DNA from: Gnetum montanum
Taxonomy: Eukaryota > Plantae > Gnetophyta
DNA: 64,000 bases
Assembly: GCA_015680685.1 (NCBI GenBank)
Contig: MNCI01001139.1
Coordinates: 46,880-110,879, forward strand
Direction: 5' to 3'
The notes beneath the pieces were generated by a model. That model searched no databases and had not been told where the DNA came from. It saw only the letters and a list, made by a program, of their open reading frames with translations. The position numbers and the translations under genes are program-made. Below, piece by piece: positions 13,701 through 26,190 of this stretch (positions are counted from its first letter, which is position 1; each line of letters opens with the position of its first letter).

Positions 13701-14874
13701 AATCGACAACATAGTGATCCTAGGCATTAAGGAAGTTGCGTAACAGTTCAGGTGTTGGACGTAACCGATGTAGGACATGGGCATTTAAACACCTAGACTA
13801 GTGACTATAAAAGCAGAGATGAGTAGATGTTGTGGATCATCTAGGAAAAAGAGGCATGACCTCCTTTCTCTCTGGTGCAACGACATGGTGCCAAACAACA
13901 GGCAGCACCTATAGGCTTCCCTCTCTCTCTCTCTCTCTCTTGTAGCAGGGTGCACTACAAACAATTTTAGGGGAAAGAAAGGGACTCTTAGCACTAGTGG
14001 GGGGCTAAGAAACAAGCAATAGGTGAATCATCTATTGAGGACTTCCCTCTCTAGAGGAAAGAGGCAAACGAAAGTTTCTCTTTCTTTGGTGTATCATCAT
14101 CATTTAGCCTCTCCCCTCTTCGGCAAGGCGTGTGACAGTGACGACTGTGACAATAACGACATTGCGTGGCAACTGTAGCTGACAACAACAGGTGACCTCC
14201 CTATGTGATGCATGATAGGCAAGAGAGCTCTTGAGGTAGTAGTGACAAGTGCAAACATGCAGACAGTGGTGCGTCAGTAGTAGCGAGGTGCGTTGCAAGC
14301 TACGACGAGCCTCCCCTTTCTTAAGCAATAGCTAGGAAACTTATGATGGTAGTAGTACTCATAGTAGCTGCGAGAATAAGGGGGCCAGCCTCTCTCTCTC
14401 ATCAAGGCCAACATCTCTCTCATCAGGGTCTAACCTCTCTCCTCTCTTCGACGGTGCACGTGACAAACAAAAATGGCATGTACACTAGGAAACAAGGCTA
14501 CAAATGACATGTCTGCAATATGTAGAGCAAACAACAATAGCATCTCTCTCTCTCTCTCTCTCTCCTCCCTACCCAATAGATGGTGGTGGATAGAGCCACA
14601 AACCGTAATGGTGGTTGGCAATGGAATAGATCTCTCTCTTCCTCTCTCGATGGCTATGAGCAATGTTGGTTGTGGTAGTATTCGCAATGAGGAAATGTGA
14701 GGCAATGATGGTCCTTTTGGCTAGCAGAGGGGTTCTAGTTTTCTCTCTCTCAATGATAATTGGTGAAGGTTTGCAGTTGCAGTGACAATAACATCCAACA
14801 ATAGCAGTAGTCGTCCTTATTGCCACAAGAGTTTTTTGCCTGGCAACAATTATGAATGGTAGTGGTTGGTGGCA

Positions 14875-14909
<35 letters not shown>

Positions 14910-15471
14910 TCCCTCTCTCTACAAATCCAAACCGGTGACTGGATCAAGGTTCTCTCTTTTTTTTCTTTAGTAACAATGAAGCTACAATAGGCAACCTCCT
15001 TGGGTTTTCTACCACCAATGGTAGGTTGCATGGTAGGTAATAGTGAGGCACATGGTGGTGGAACACCGAATAGATCTCTCTCTCATCCTCTCTTGACGAC
15101 TATGAGTAGCATCGGCTGTGACGACATTCGCAATGACAATACTGCATGAACTGACAGCAACAATAGGGACCAAGGAAAAGTTTAAATTTTCTAGTTACTT
15201 ACTGTGTTTTCATAAAGTCTCAAATTTCAAGATAGTTGTTCAATTTGAATTCTCCAGACTTTTCAGTTTGATTTATTTTATTTTGAAACATCACATGACC
15301 CTTTCTAGTTTAAATTATTGCTAAGTTTCCATACCCATATGAGAGGCACCCTAGGCAATAGTCTCCTCAAACGAATTCCCCTGCCACACACCCAGCCCCC
15401 GTGCCCACCCGCCCCCACACACCCCCCCTCCCAACCTAAATGTTGGTGCATCCAAAATTTATGCATCAACA
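10732..15471 (+). repeat. LTR-like unit 2 of the doublet, interrupted by a solo LTR
   Basis: Termini TGTTGATGC (10732) and GCATCAACA (15471). Outer flanks GCTAC (8705-8709) and ACTAC (15472-15476) form a 4/5 TSD around both units together. Confidence 0.7.
10926..13601 (-). mobile_element. Solo LTR (~2.7 kb) nested in doublet unit 2
   Basis: Termini TGTTG...CAATA with flanks ATAAG/ATAAC. Removing it restores colinearity with unit 1 (TTAT-ATAAG-TTAT vs TTAT-AGGAG-TTAT). Minus-strand TATA CCTTATAAAAGGGG at about 12195-12207. An alternative right end is TCAACA at 13639. Confidence 0.65.
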
Positions 15472-17325
15472 ACTACTTCTTGGTTTTAGAAGGGAGATAT
15501 TTCTCTTAGTTGTCTTCATCTTGTTGACCAATGGATTTCTTGGAAAGTGTTTGATAATTTGTATGGGGCTTCTAAAGACAAGCACCATTTTTTTGATCAA
15601 GTTTATAATTTTATTCATTATTAATTACAACTAAACATTTCGATGCAAAGTATTTTTCATAACTTGTATTGGACTAATGGGTTGAAAATTTTGCCTTATA
15701 AGCCACATGTTCCTTTTCAACTTTTGCATGACTTCTCAATTGTTGTCAACTAATGTAATAGGCCTTGGCACAAACAAGAATTAGAACAATTTTGGATATT
15801 CCTCTTCAAATGTATATGAAAACTTTCGACTATTCCTAAAATTCAATATTTTCTTTGGTGTCTTCTTCATCAAGGTTTACCTATTGGCAAATGCCTTGGA
15901 TATCTTGGGATTCACTCTTAATTGCCCTCTTTGTGGAGGTACAGATGATTTTGTTCATGTTTTTTTAGCATTGTCTTTTTGCTCAACACACGTGGATCTA
16001 GGCTTCCAAAGTTATCCCATCTTGCTAGCTATCTCAAGATGATGTTATGTTTGGCTTTCTGCCTACCACTTTTGTGAATTGATTTTTTTTGAAAGGTCAT
16101 TAGGCCTATTGTTCTATTTTATATTTGGAAGCGCAGATGTACTACTTTTTTTCAGAAGATTGATTATTCAAATATCTATCATCTAACTATTATGGAGAAA
16201 TTGCAGATCTTCCACCTTGTTCATTTCCAAATCATATCTTAAGCTTCAAAGGTTAATTTAGATATTAATCAGTTGATTCATCTTTTGTAGCCTTGGGTTA
16301 GACCTATGAGTTCAAACAACCTTCTTCAACAAAAATCACTACAAAGGAGCTTCTCTTTATAATTCCAATTGTCATCTGCTTTGTCGGGTTCTCTTTCACG
16401 TTTCTTTTACTCCCAACTACAGTTGATCCTTGGTAGGAGGTAGATTTCTGGAATGGTGTTCCTCCCCTTTGTAATTGGTTGTTTGTAAGGATGTTTCCCT
16501 TCAAACATCCCTAGTCCAATGAGTCTATATAGTTTGACGTTGAATACAATATGTATTTGATGTTCTATTTTTGTTAATAAAACTCCTTTTTGGGGTCGGA
16601 CGCCCTCCAAAATTAATGGTATAAACCTGCAGATATAAACTCAATCTCTCCTCGTACAAAGTTTGAACTATAATTCTAAGATCTGGATTTTTCAAATTTG
16701 AAATCAGGTTTGTCTGTTATTTATTCCTCCAAAACATGAGTATAGAACAACTCTACCATGACTATGCATCAGTCAAACTCAGTTCAGAATCATAGATTCA
16801 AAGTTTCAAAAGCTGGCAATGACGGTGCACCCCACTTGCAAGTAGCCAAATTGCGCAGGACCTGCGTTAACAACCGCCCGGCGACTTCGCGGTCAACTCA
16901 AGCCCCAAATTTCCTCCAAGACACGATTCGTGACCAAGTCCTGGCAAGGTTGCCGCCTTTGTTTTTCGCTGACTCAGAGACCGCGACCTTGCGACATCAT
17001 ACATTAATAACCACATAAGCTACTTTGCAAAGTAATTTCTTTGATTGAAATTTGAAAAAAAGCAATAGCTTTTGTTTTCTATTACGTGTCTCAAGTTTCG
17101 GATTACGGATTGAAATGGGAATCTTTTTGTAAAATAGTTACATAACCATAGAGATTTTATATTTGCATTGAATTGTACAATCTAACTTCCCTAGCTAAAA
17201 TAATAACAGTATTCATTTATGAAAGGAGAATATCTTGCTTCTGTTTGCATAGCCAAGTCTGATGATAGCATGATACGATGTTCATCGCTAGAGGTATTTC
17301 CCTGAAGTCGGTTGAGTGGACCTGG

Positions 17326-17452
17326 ATACCTGTGCTTTACAGGAAACACTGCAAGAAAAATAAATCGTTAAAATTTTGAAATGAATCATACCTGTGCTTT
17401 ACAGGAAACACTGCAAGAAAAATAAATCGTTAAAATTTTGAAATGAATCATA
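17326..17452. repeat. Exact 62-bp tandem duplication
   Basis: ATACCTGTGCTTTACAGG...GAAATGAATC starts at both 17326 and 17388. Confidence 0.9.
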
Positions 17453-18720
17453 GACCCTGTATTGACATTTAGCATAGTAACAATCTAGTGACAAAATAAT
17501 AAGCTATTATTTTCAAAGATGAAGATAAAAAAAGTTGAATACAAAGTTTAAAAACGTGTGTATTTTTATATAAATGGTTTGGTTTTAATTTTCATTTTCC
17601 AAATTTGAACACTAAAGAGAACCTAAGCAAAATAAGTTCAACAAAAAGGTTTGGGAAGTTGGAAAGTCAAACATGTATGGACGCAGAGTGGAATCAGCTG
17701 TCTTGAAATAACAACTACTGCAAAAAGAGGCAGGCAATGTGCATGTAATTATGCAGCAAGTTAAAGTAATTAACACTCAAGTGTGTCAGCAATTTAAAAA
17801 ATTGAGCCAAAGCATCCACAATAACCACACTTTCATCTCTGTTTGACTCTGTCACACAGGTAAAGAATATTTTAATTTAAGGTTTTTAGCTGAAATGTTC
17901 TATCAAAACTTCTCTTGATTTTACCAAGTGCTAACATGGTTTTACATTCTAGAATGTTTCTTTATAAAGGAAAGAAACCAAAAACTGATCAGGCCCTAGC
18001 AAAGACCTTCACTCGTGCCACATGACAAAGCTCGCAAATACAAGGATTATCAAAAATCTGTTGCAAAAAGAATTGACTGACAGATGTAAGTGCTTTACTG
18101 TATAGTGTTCCTGCAACAAACAATCCTTGTTCCTGCATATCTTTACCAATGATTTTAAATTTTATCAACATTGTACATTTACAATGTTCAAAACATAAAG
18201 TGCATATTAGATAATTAATAAAACCAGATAGTTGCCGATCCAAAGATAAAGACCGAGAAGCATGGATAAAATTTATTGTATCATGTATATACCAGCATAC
18301 TAACGAGGAAGATGCCATGTTTAAACAGGTGACCAAGTGAAGATGTATTAAATTCCTAGTATAAATGGAAATTCCCTGTAGTTTTTAGCGAAAGTAGAAT
18401 CCTTAGCCAAAACATAAAATAGAGTCGCAAGCTTAGTTTCTCGAAAGCAGTAGCATGGACATTTGGAATATGAGAAACGATGGTGTGTTCCCAATTGTAA
18501 GATGAAGCAAATGCTTAAAGGTCACCAATATTTCATACGGAAAGTATCCACTTACTATCAATAATTGAACTATGAAAATCAGCAAATCAATAGGAGTCAT
18601 TATTGCACACAACATTTTACGGTTTGCAATTGACCACAGAAAATTTTACGGTTTGCAATTGACCCAGATACAATAGGCAATAATAGCTCCTTTTCTTAGA
18701 AAAAGACTTACCTGGAATCA

Positions 18721-21700
18721 CTAATAAGAGGAAGAAAAAGTTTGACTTTGAGCTTCTGCCCTTCTGCCGTACAGAGGGGGTTGTGATTCTACAACACTAA
18801 TAGCCTCTTCCAAGTTTCTTGGTATTACCCTTTGATCTTGCGAAATTACAGGACCCATTGACTGCAGAAATGACTCAACTTCCTCCATGCTGGGCCTCAT
18901 GGAAGCATTTGGGCAAGCACATCTTAAACCTACCTTCAAAATGCTTTCCACCACTGACATTTCTTCATCTTTGTCCATCTCAATTCCTCCTCCACCTTCA
19001 TCTGCTGTGCTTACAATACTTCTTAGCATCTGCCTTTTTTCTTCTCCTGATTTCCCTTCCAAGGCCATGGAGATCCACAATGGCAATGTGAGATCCCCTG
19101 AAAACATATCATGTGTAGGTTTCAGTCTTGTGATGACTTCCAAGGTAACCACTCCAAAGCTGTATACATCACCTTTAACAGATACTTCTCCTCCAATCCC
19201 ATACTCTGAAAATCAGATCCTTGATATTTAGTGAATGCCGTTATCATTGTGGAAAGAGGGAAAAAAGAAAAAAGAAAAAGAAAAGTCAATATTAAAGACA
19301 TACCTGGAGCAACATAGCCAACAGAGCCTTTCAAAGTTTCAAAAGATGATATGGATGGACCATCAAAATCTCCTATCAGGCGAGATAAGCCAAAATCAGA
19401 GATCTTGACAGTCAAATCGTCATCCAATAATACATTCTCTGGTTTGATATCACAATGGATGATCTGAAAATCATAATCATGATGCAGATAGTGAAGTCCC
19501 ATGGCTAACTCTGTTATTATTTTTACTCTAACTGGCAAGTTTAGTGGGATCAACTGACCATCTTCTCTACTGTGAAGAAGAGAATGGAGACTGCCATTAT
19601 TCATGAACGGCATTACCAAAGCTTTTAAGTTCTGAGACCATACCACAGTAATAATCTTCAGAATGTTGCGATGTCGGACTTTCCCTAAGGCTTGACACTC
19701 CTTTTTGAAGGTTTTTATAGTGCCATGCTGGCCATGGTGTGTGGAAGAAAAACATTTTATAGCAACCACCATCCCAGACGTTAAGAGACCTCTGTAGACC
19801 TTTCCATGGCTTCCTTCACCCACCAAGTTCAGCGCGCTAAAATTGTCTGTGGCCCTCTGAATTTCTTCCGCAGAAATCTTTAAGAATTTGTCACTTATCC
19901 TTGGAATCTCCCCTTTGCGCGTATTCTTTCTTCTTAAATATAACAGAATCCCTATAACACAAAGAAACAAAAGACCACATACAATGCCAAGAACAATTTT
20001 CAGAATACTATTTTTGTGAGAGTGAGAGTTGCGCTGCTCAGGAGATATTTGACAAGATCTGAGGCCAAAGCATCTTCCACATAGATTTGGGTTTCCCAGG
20101 AACGACCTTCTCGTTAATCTTAGCAGCTTTGTGGCAGAACCACGGTCACACGGTACTTGATCAAAGTTGTTGTAGGAGAAGTTAAGAAAATGGAGATTCG
20201 AATCACTGAACAGAGAGGCAGGGACAGGTCCGGTAAAGTTGTTACCAGACAGATCAATGCTCTGTAGCTGGGTGAGCTTTTTCCCGATTGATTTGGAAAG
20301 GTTGCCGCCGAAATTATTGAGAGACAGATTGATTTGACGTGCATCTAACCAGCTATCCATGTAAGATGCAATGTTTCCAAAAAGCTGATTGCTTGAAAGA
20401 TTTATGTACTGTGCCATCTGCAGTCCTGCTATTTCTGGAGGCACTTCTCCTGTGAAACCATTTGCTGACAAATCGAAATTAAATACAATGCTTCTGAGAC
20501 CAGCAACCTCTGGTGGTATTGGCCCAGAGAAATTGTTTGCCGATAGTACAAGGTCTTGAAGAACAGCGCAGTTTCCCATCTCTGAAGGAATTTTGCCGGA
20601 CAGCAGGTTTCTACCAAGGTACAGCTTCCGCAGATTGACGAGTTTGGTAATACTGGCCGGGATAGAACCTGACAATCGATTGCCTGAGAGATACAGATAG
20701 GCAAGTGAGTTATTTAAGAGAGATATCTCACTTGGAATGTTGCCCTGTAATTTGTTCCTTGCAAGACTGATACCTTGGAGTGACCTCAGATTTGCAATTT
20801 CAGGAGGAATAGTGGGGCCCAATGCATTTGCACCAAGATTCAGAATAACAAGAGATGATAAATTTCCTATGCTGGGAGGGATGTTGCCAGAAATGAGGTT
20901 TTTAGCCAAGTACAAATTCTGAAGATTTGGCAAGGAGCTTCCAAAGTTGGGCGGGAATGTTCCAGTTAAATGGTTCTCATCGATAAATAAATCAGTTAGC
21001 AGAGAGCAATTGGATAGAGTATTCAGAATTGGAATAGGCTGCCAGGGCTTGCGCACTCCACTGCTGAAATAATTAATGGCGATACTGAAACGCCTGAGTT
21101 GAGTGCAGAGTGTCCCCAGCCATGACGGTGGCGTCCCCGACAATCTGTTATCGGACAAGTCAACAACCTGGAGATGCGTGAGATTTCGCCATGAGCGTGG
21201 GATGTTTCCTGTGAATCCGTTGGTAAATAAACTCAAGTGCTGCAAATTGCTAAAGCTGCTGCCAATCCAGGTAGGAAGGTCCCCCTCCAAATTGTTAGAG
21301 TCTATGTCCAGGCTTATAAGAGTGGTGAGGTTGTGTAAACAGGCAGGAATGGTTCCGGTTATATTGTTTTGTTGAAGGTACAGTTCAGTGAGACGGTAGA
21401 GACTGGCAACAGTGCAAGGAATGAAACCCCTTACGTTATTAGAAGCAAGGCTAAGAAAAGTCAGGGAAGAAGATAGGTTGCCTAGTTCAACGGGAATGAC
21501 ACCGTGAAACTTGTTCCCAGTAAGTTCAAGCTCTTCAAGTTTGTGGAGTGCTCCCAACCAGGAAGGGACCTGTCCTTCCACCTGATTTTCGGCCACATTT
21601 AACACTTTTAAGGCCTGCAGCCTAGCAAGAGACTCAGGAATCTCACCTCTCAAGGAATTTACACAGAGATAAAGAAATTGCAGAGAAGAAATGTTTCCAA

Positions 21701-22175
21701 ACTGGTGAGGAATCCCACCTTCAAATTCATTGCTACAGAGATCCAAGTATTTAAGCCTATGCAGTGTGCCAAGGGAAGCTGGGATTGTACCAGAGAAAGT
21801 GTTATTGTCAATGTCAAGTACCTGCAAAAATGATAGGTTGGAGAGGTGAGGAGAGAGGGATCCACGCAATGTTGCATTTTCCAGAGAAATCTTCACAACT
21901 CGGCCTGGATGTTTGGAGGAGCAGCTGATTCCAGTCCAATTGCATGCATTTGAAGCACCCGCAGCAGTGGCATCATAATGCCAGTCGTTTAGAACAGAAA
22001 GTGGGTCGCTGGTGATGCATTTCTTGAATTCAATCAAAGCTCTCATATCGTTGAGAGCTCCCTGAGCATCATCTGTGCCAGCATCAACAGCAACAGAGAA
22101 GAAAATCCACAAATGAAAAAGAGATAAAAGGAAAACAAGCCAGAGAGCTTTCGGGGTTGGGGAGGAGGAGGCCAT
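18721..22175 (-). CDS. LRR receptor-like Ser/Thr kinase, non-RD, LRR-XII-like (FLS2/EFR/XA21 class). Exons 22175-19304 and 19205-18721, about 1118 aa
   Basis: Signal peptide, LRRNT (CNWTGISC), more than 20 plant LxxLxLxxNxL/FxGxIP repeats, GNPNLCG cap and TM helix (IVLGIVCGLLFLCVIGILLYL). Kinase motifs GEGSHGKVY, VAIK, HCDIKPEN, DFG and GSVGYVAP|EY. A GT-AG intron at 19303-19206 (98 bp) at the conserved APE position joins in frame to EYGIGGEVSVKGDVYSFG...RPSM. Start taken as MASSS; upstream in-frame ATGs exist. Confidence 0.95.
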
Positions 22176-22822
22176 TGTAGCATGAAGCTCTGAATGAAAA
22201 CGCATAATGTGGAAACTGGAAATCATCACTTGCAGAGTTACAGTCGAGCTCAATTTAACAATCTGCGCCACTCGGGTTCAGGGCTTGCCTTTTGAGTAGT
22301 CAGAATGTGAAAGAGGAAAAAAACAATTGTTTTATAACTCAGTGCCGCTTACCAAAATTGAATCATGACGTGGATTCCAAACACTTACCTGTGTCATATA
22401 TTAAAATGGAGGGCGGCGGTCACAAAAAGCCATGGCCAAAAATGATACAAGTGAGAAGCAGCGTATCTGGTCCTCATTTTTGCGCAGAAAGTCAATCCGA
22501 TCTGATTTCTGCATCGACTTTCGTGGAAAGCGAGGCCCCTGAATGCGGGTGCGTTGAATCCTTTTCACATTTAATGAACTATGTATGCATTTGATTCCAG
22601 TGGGTTGCCCAAAGCTGTCGTTTTCCAACGGCGTCCAATCCATCTAAGCTAGAGGCAAGGCTTGCAGTAATCATTGCGTGGACAAAAGTGGGCCTAACAC
22701 GATAAGCATTAGCACACTAGTGGTGGTTACAGTAGCCAATGTTTCTTGCATAGTGGCTACAGCAGAACCGTTCTCTGCTCCAGGGCTTTTTCACCTCTCA
22801 GGGTATTGATCCTTAAGTATTG

Positions 22823-23670
22823 TGTTGGAGATCTTGCTTTTTTTTGGTATAATGATGGCAATTTTCATCTCATTCAATATGAGAGAGATGGAAGGCTAAT
22901 ATAAAAGTGCCTTATCTCAAAGTGTTTCATAGTAGGCCCTGATTTGGCCTAGGATGTGAAATTTCATTTTCATTATTTACTCTCTTCACTTTCATTTTTC
23001 ATTATTTGCTTTTCATTATATTTCATTTTAAATTAAAGTTTCTTTGTTGCTTCCATTGTTGTTGTCCTCGTTCTGTGACTAAGTATGCAAGAGTGGGTGT
23101 TAAATGTTTTTGCAATAGTTATCATTTTTCACCATCAGGGATTGCTTCACATTTTTTCTTTGCTATGGGGATTTGCATGTTTTCTTGTTGATATTATGAT
23201 ACTCCAACAAGTTATAATCCTCCTTTGTAATAGTGATCATTCCATCACTGCCTATTTTTGGTGTTGGGCAATCATTCAATCACTACTATTTTGAACATCA
23301 ATTATTATTTTACGATTATTTCATTGATGATTTAGAGATCATTTCACCTTCCATTACCTTTGTTGCAGATGTATTAATGTAAACTATGATTTTGGCATTG
23401 TTGCCATCCCAGTTTGAGGGGGGAGTGTTGGATATCTATTTAGAAATATTCTTTCCCACCTTCTCCAAAAATTTAGCCAAAAAGCAAAAAATCCAGTAGT
23501 TTCCAAGTATAATGTTGGCAATTTCAGTATCATTCCATGTTAGAGGTGGAAACAAATTATGTATAAATTGGATTAAAAGGCTAATATGAAAGTGACGCAT
23601 TATACACGTGAGTTTGTCCTAGGATGTGGAATCACATTTTCGTTTTTTAGATTATTCTCTCATTTTTCAG
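22823..23670 (+). mobile_element. Small decayed copia-type/TRIM-like element upstream of the kinase
   Basis: TGTTGGA (22823)...TCCAACA (23209), about 215 bp internal, PPT TTGAGGGGGGAG, then TGTTGGA at 23426. Both arms share AAGGCTAATAT.AAAGTG and CCTAGGATGTG.AAT. The second arm is cut at 23671. Confidence 0.5.
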
Positions 23671-24169
23671 TGTGACATCCCATTCTTGAATGTCGTAAAA
23701 ATACGATTGTTCACATTCATCATTTTCTTAAATAATATAATGGAAGCATCATAAATACTTATTAATTGAATTTACTAATAAATAAATAATTGGTATTGTG
23801 GAATAAAAAAGGAAACCAGAAAAATTTTATTAATTGGAGAGAGTACTATAATGCCTTATGGGTTATCTTCCTATGCCACTTAAGCCTTAGAAGTAATTCG
23901 GCACTGTCACCACGGTTAGGTTGTCCAACCAAAGGGGTGATCAATCTCTTCTTGTCTAACTTCACCTAGCTCTCATCACTTGCCTTTTTTGACTTTGCCA
24001 CTCCATGCTAGCATGACCTCTAAACCTAACCTTAAATAGCATAGGTCAAACCCTTTCCTAAGGGACACATGAATAATCATAACTCCTCATAATGAGGTGC
24101 TCCTTCATTTGAAGGTTAATTACATTGTTTACAATTGTTTCCATCCTTAACAAGGGATGTGACATTACA
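23671..24169 (-). repeat. 3' LTR (~500 bp) of a Ty3/gypsy element
   Basis: Minus strand reads TGTAATGTCACATCCC...GGGATGTCACA, directly preceded by PPT AAGGGGGGAAGAT (24171-24182). Confidence 0.7.
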
Positions 24170-24429
24170 ATCTTCCCCCCTTAAGCATCCAGCTTGTCCT
24201 CGAGTGCTTCCTCTATATCCAGTTGCTCAACTACTGCTTCACCATTATGCTTCTCAACTTTAGTTCCTTTATTTTCCTCATTATCATCTATACAAATAGA
24301 AGATCAAAAATTATAAAACATAATTTATTACATCAATAATAAATACAATTTATCATTCAATATCATGATGATCAAAAAGTTGGGGGTAAGTATTAAAAAT
24401 AGGCTCCCTATTTTCCCAAGTCTATTGAT

Positions 24430-25285
24430 CATAATTTGACCATGAACAAGTACTTTTTGATAGTTTTATTTCATAATTTCTTAAGTCGTTGGTTATTAAT
24501 TGCAATGGGTTAACTTCAAAGCTAGTGTTGGATCATAATGACAAAGCATTCGAATTCAGCATATATGGTACATCATTTTCATGAAATTTCTTTAGCAAAC
24601 TTACATGGACAATTGGGTGAATTTTTAAGGTTGTTGGAAGATTTAACTAATATGCTACTTTGCCAATTTTTTTAGAAATTCCAAAAGGTCCACAATATAT
24701 GGGTGCCAATTTAGTATATTTTCCAAGTTTGAGAGAACTTTTGGTAGGTTTTACTCTTAGTAGTACTTGATCTTCTACTTGGAATTCTTTTTTAAGTTGA
24801 CGTTGATCTTCATATCCCTTGTATTTATCTTGGGTAGCTTGTATTTTTTGTTTAACTCTTGTGACAATTTTTTCCATTATTTTCATTTCTTCTTCCTTCC
24901 ATTCCGTTCTTAAGGTTGGATTCACCTAGGTTAGTGGTGTACGACAATTACATCCATATACTACTTTGAATGGTGTTCGATGTATGGAACCTTGTTAATT
25001 GTTATTATAGGCAAATTTTGCCAAGTGCAAGTAATTCTCCCACATATTTAGTCTACTCCCAACATAGCTTCGTAAGATATCTTCTAATATTCTATTCAAA
25101 CGTTTAGTTTGCCCATTAGTCTTAGAATGGTAAGTTGTGCTAAATTTCAACTGGGTTCCAAGCTCTTTGAAGAAAGTTTTCTAGAATTCGGATATGAACT
25201 CAGAATCTTAATCTAAGGTGATAAATTTTGAACAATCATGCAATCAAAATACTTCATGTATAAATTTTTAGGCTACTTCTGAAAC
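24430..25285 (-). pseudogene. Ty3/gypsy integrase C-terminal remnant (chromovirus-like)
   Basis: LKFSTTYHSKTNGQTKRLNRILEDILRSYV, EFQVEDQVLLRV, KLAPIYCGPF (GPY/F module) and HVSLLKKF, with stops. Truncated at about 25285 by the Tat/Ogre-like element. Confidence 0.85.
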
Positions 25286-25364
25286 ATCACCAAATTTGGG
25301 CTCTCAGGTCTCAATTGCGGATTTGGCTAAGTGTCCAAACTTGGCAAATTTTCTCTAAGTGTTG

Positions 25365-26190
25365 AGACTACGCTCCTACTACTGAGACTATGCTCTAGAG
25401 CATAGTTAGTGTAGTTGACACTAACAGTCTAGATTTGCAAAAAAATTTTAAGTATCAACAGTAGCTACAAATCTTTCTAAGTGTTTTGGCTATGCTCACC
25501 CTATTAGGACTACGCTCTAGAGCATAGTCAACCTCGAAATGACCAGTTTTGCAAATTTTCCTAAGTCTCAGGCCAAAGGCTGCTGGGCATGGTTGGAATG
25601 GATGAAACAGTTTGGAAAATTTTCTAACTGCTAAGTCTACACTTTCTACTACGCTCTAAAGTGTAGTTAGCATAGTTTGCATGGGCACGTCATATTTGCT
25701 AGATTTTTCCAAGTGTCAAGGCTAAGCTCTCACCTTTGGAACTATGCTTTAGAGCATAGCCAACATTGAACATCATTTTTTGGCAAGATTTACCTAACTC
25801 TTTGGGCTACACTCTAGGGCATAACTAGTGTAGTCATGCAAAACTATCTTCAGAAGCCTCCAAAGCTCGACACTAGTCAGCATCTTAGATCCAACATTCT
25901 TTTGACAAGCAAGATCACCAATTTGCATTTCTTTTAAACACCCCCATTTGCTCCCAAATTGTACCTATGTTTGACACCACTTAAGAGAGTGGGTAGCATA
26001 GTCCTAGAGCATAGTCTCCAAAATTGCACTATTTTGCATTGTTTTCAAGTACTTTGTGGCTTGTTTGACATTCGCATTTGTAGTCTTAGCAGCGTAGTTA
26101 TAGTTTGACAGTCTCACAAGGTCCATTAGAGCACACCATCAGAACACCATTTTGCTTCAGCGGGAGTGTAGTTGAGGCTAGCGTAGTCCC
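25365..26190. repeat. Array of palindromic GACTACGCTCTAGAGCGTAGTC-like motifs in putative LTR U3
   Basis: Near-perfect copies at about 25386, 25508 and 25740, with many half-sites (CTA(C/T)GCT, AG(C/T)(G/A)TAG). Recurs at about 27150-27195 and 43218-43327. Confidence 0.7.

Noticed and set aside
9416-15031. ORFs with RERERE runs and the CpG-rich ORFs at 12488-13244
   Set aside because: Translations of (CT)n microsatellites and LTR sequence; frames are not conserved between the duplicated units.
16760-17015. CpG-rich patch with CGACCTTGCG-like motifs, possible MITE
   Set aside because: No convincing TIRs or TSD could be identified by eye.
19122-19303. C-terminus of the 1049-aa ORF track prediction, and its GTG start at 22271
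   Set aside because: It reads through the intron and goes out of frame. The real protein splices to exon 2 and most likely starts at an ATG.
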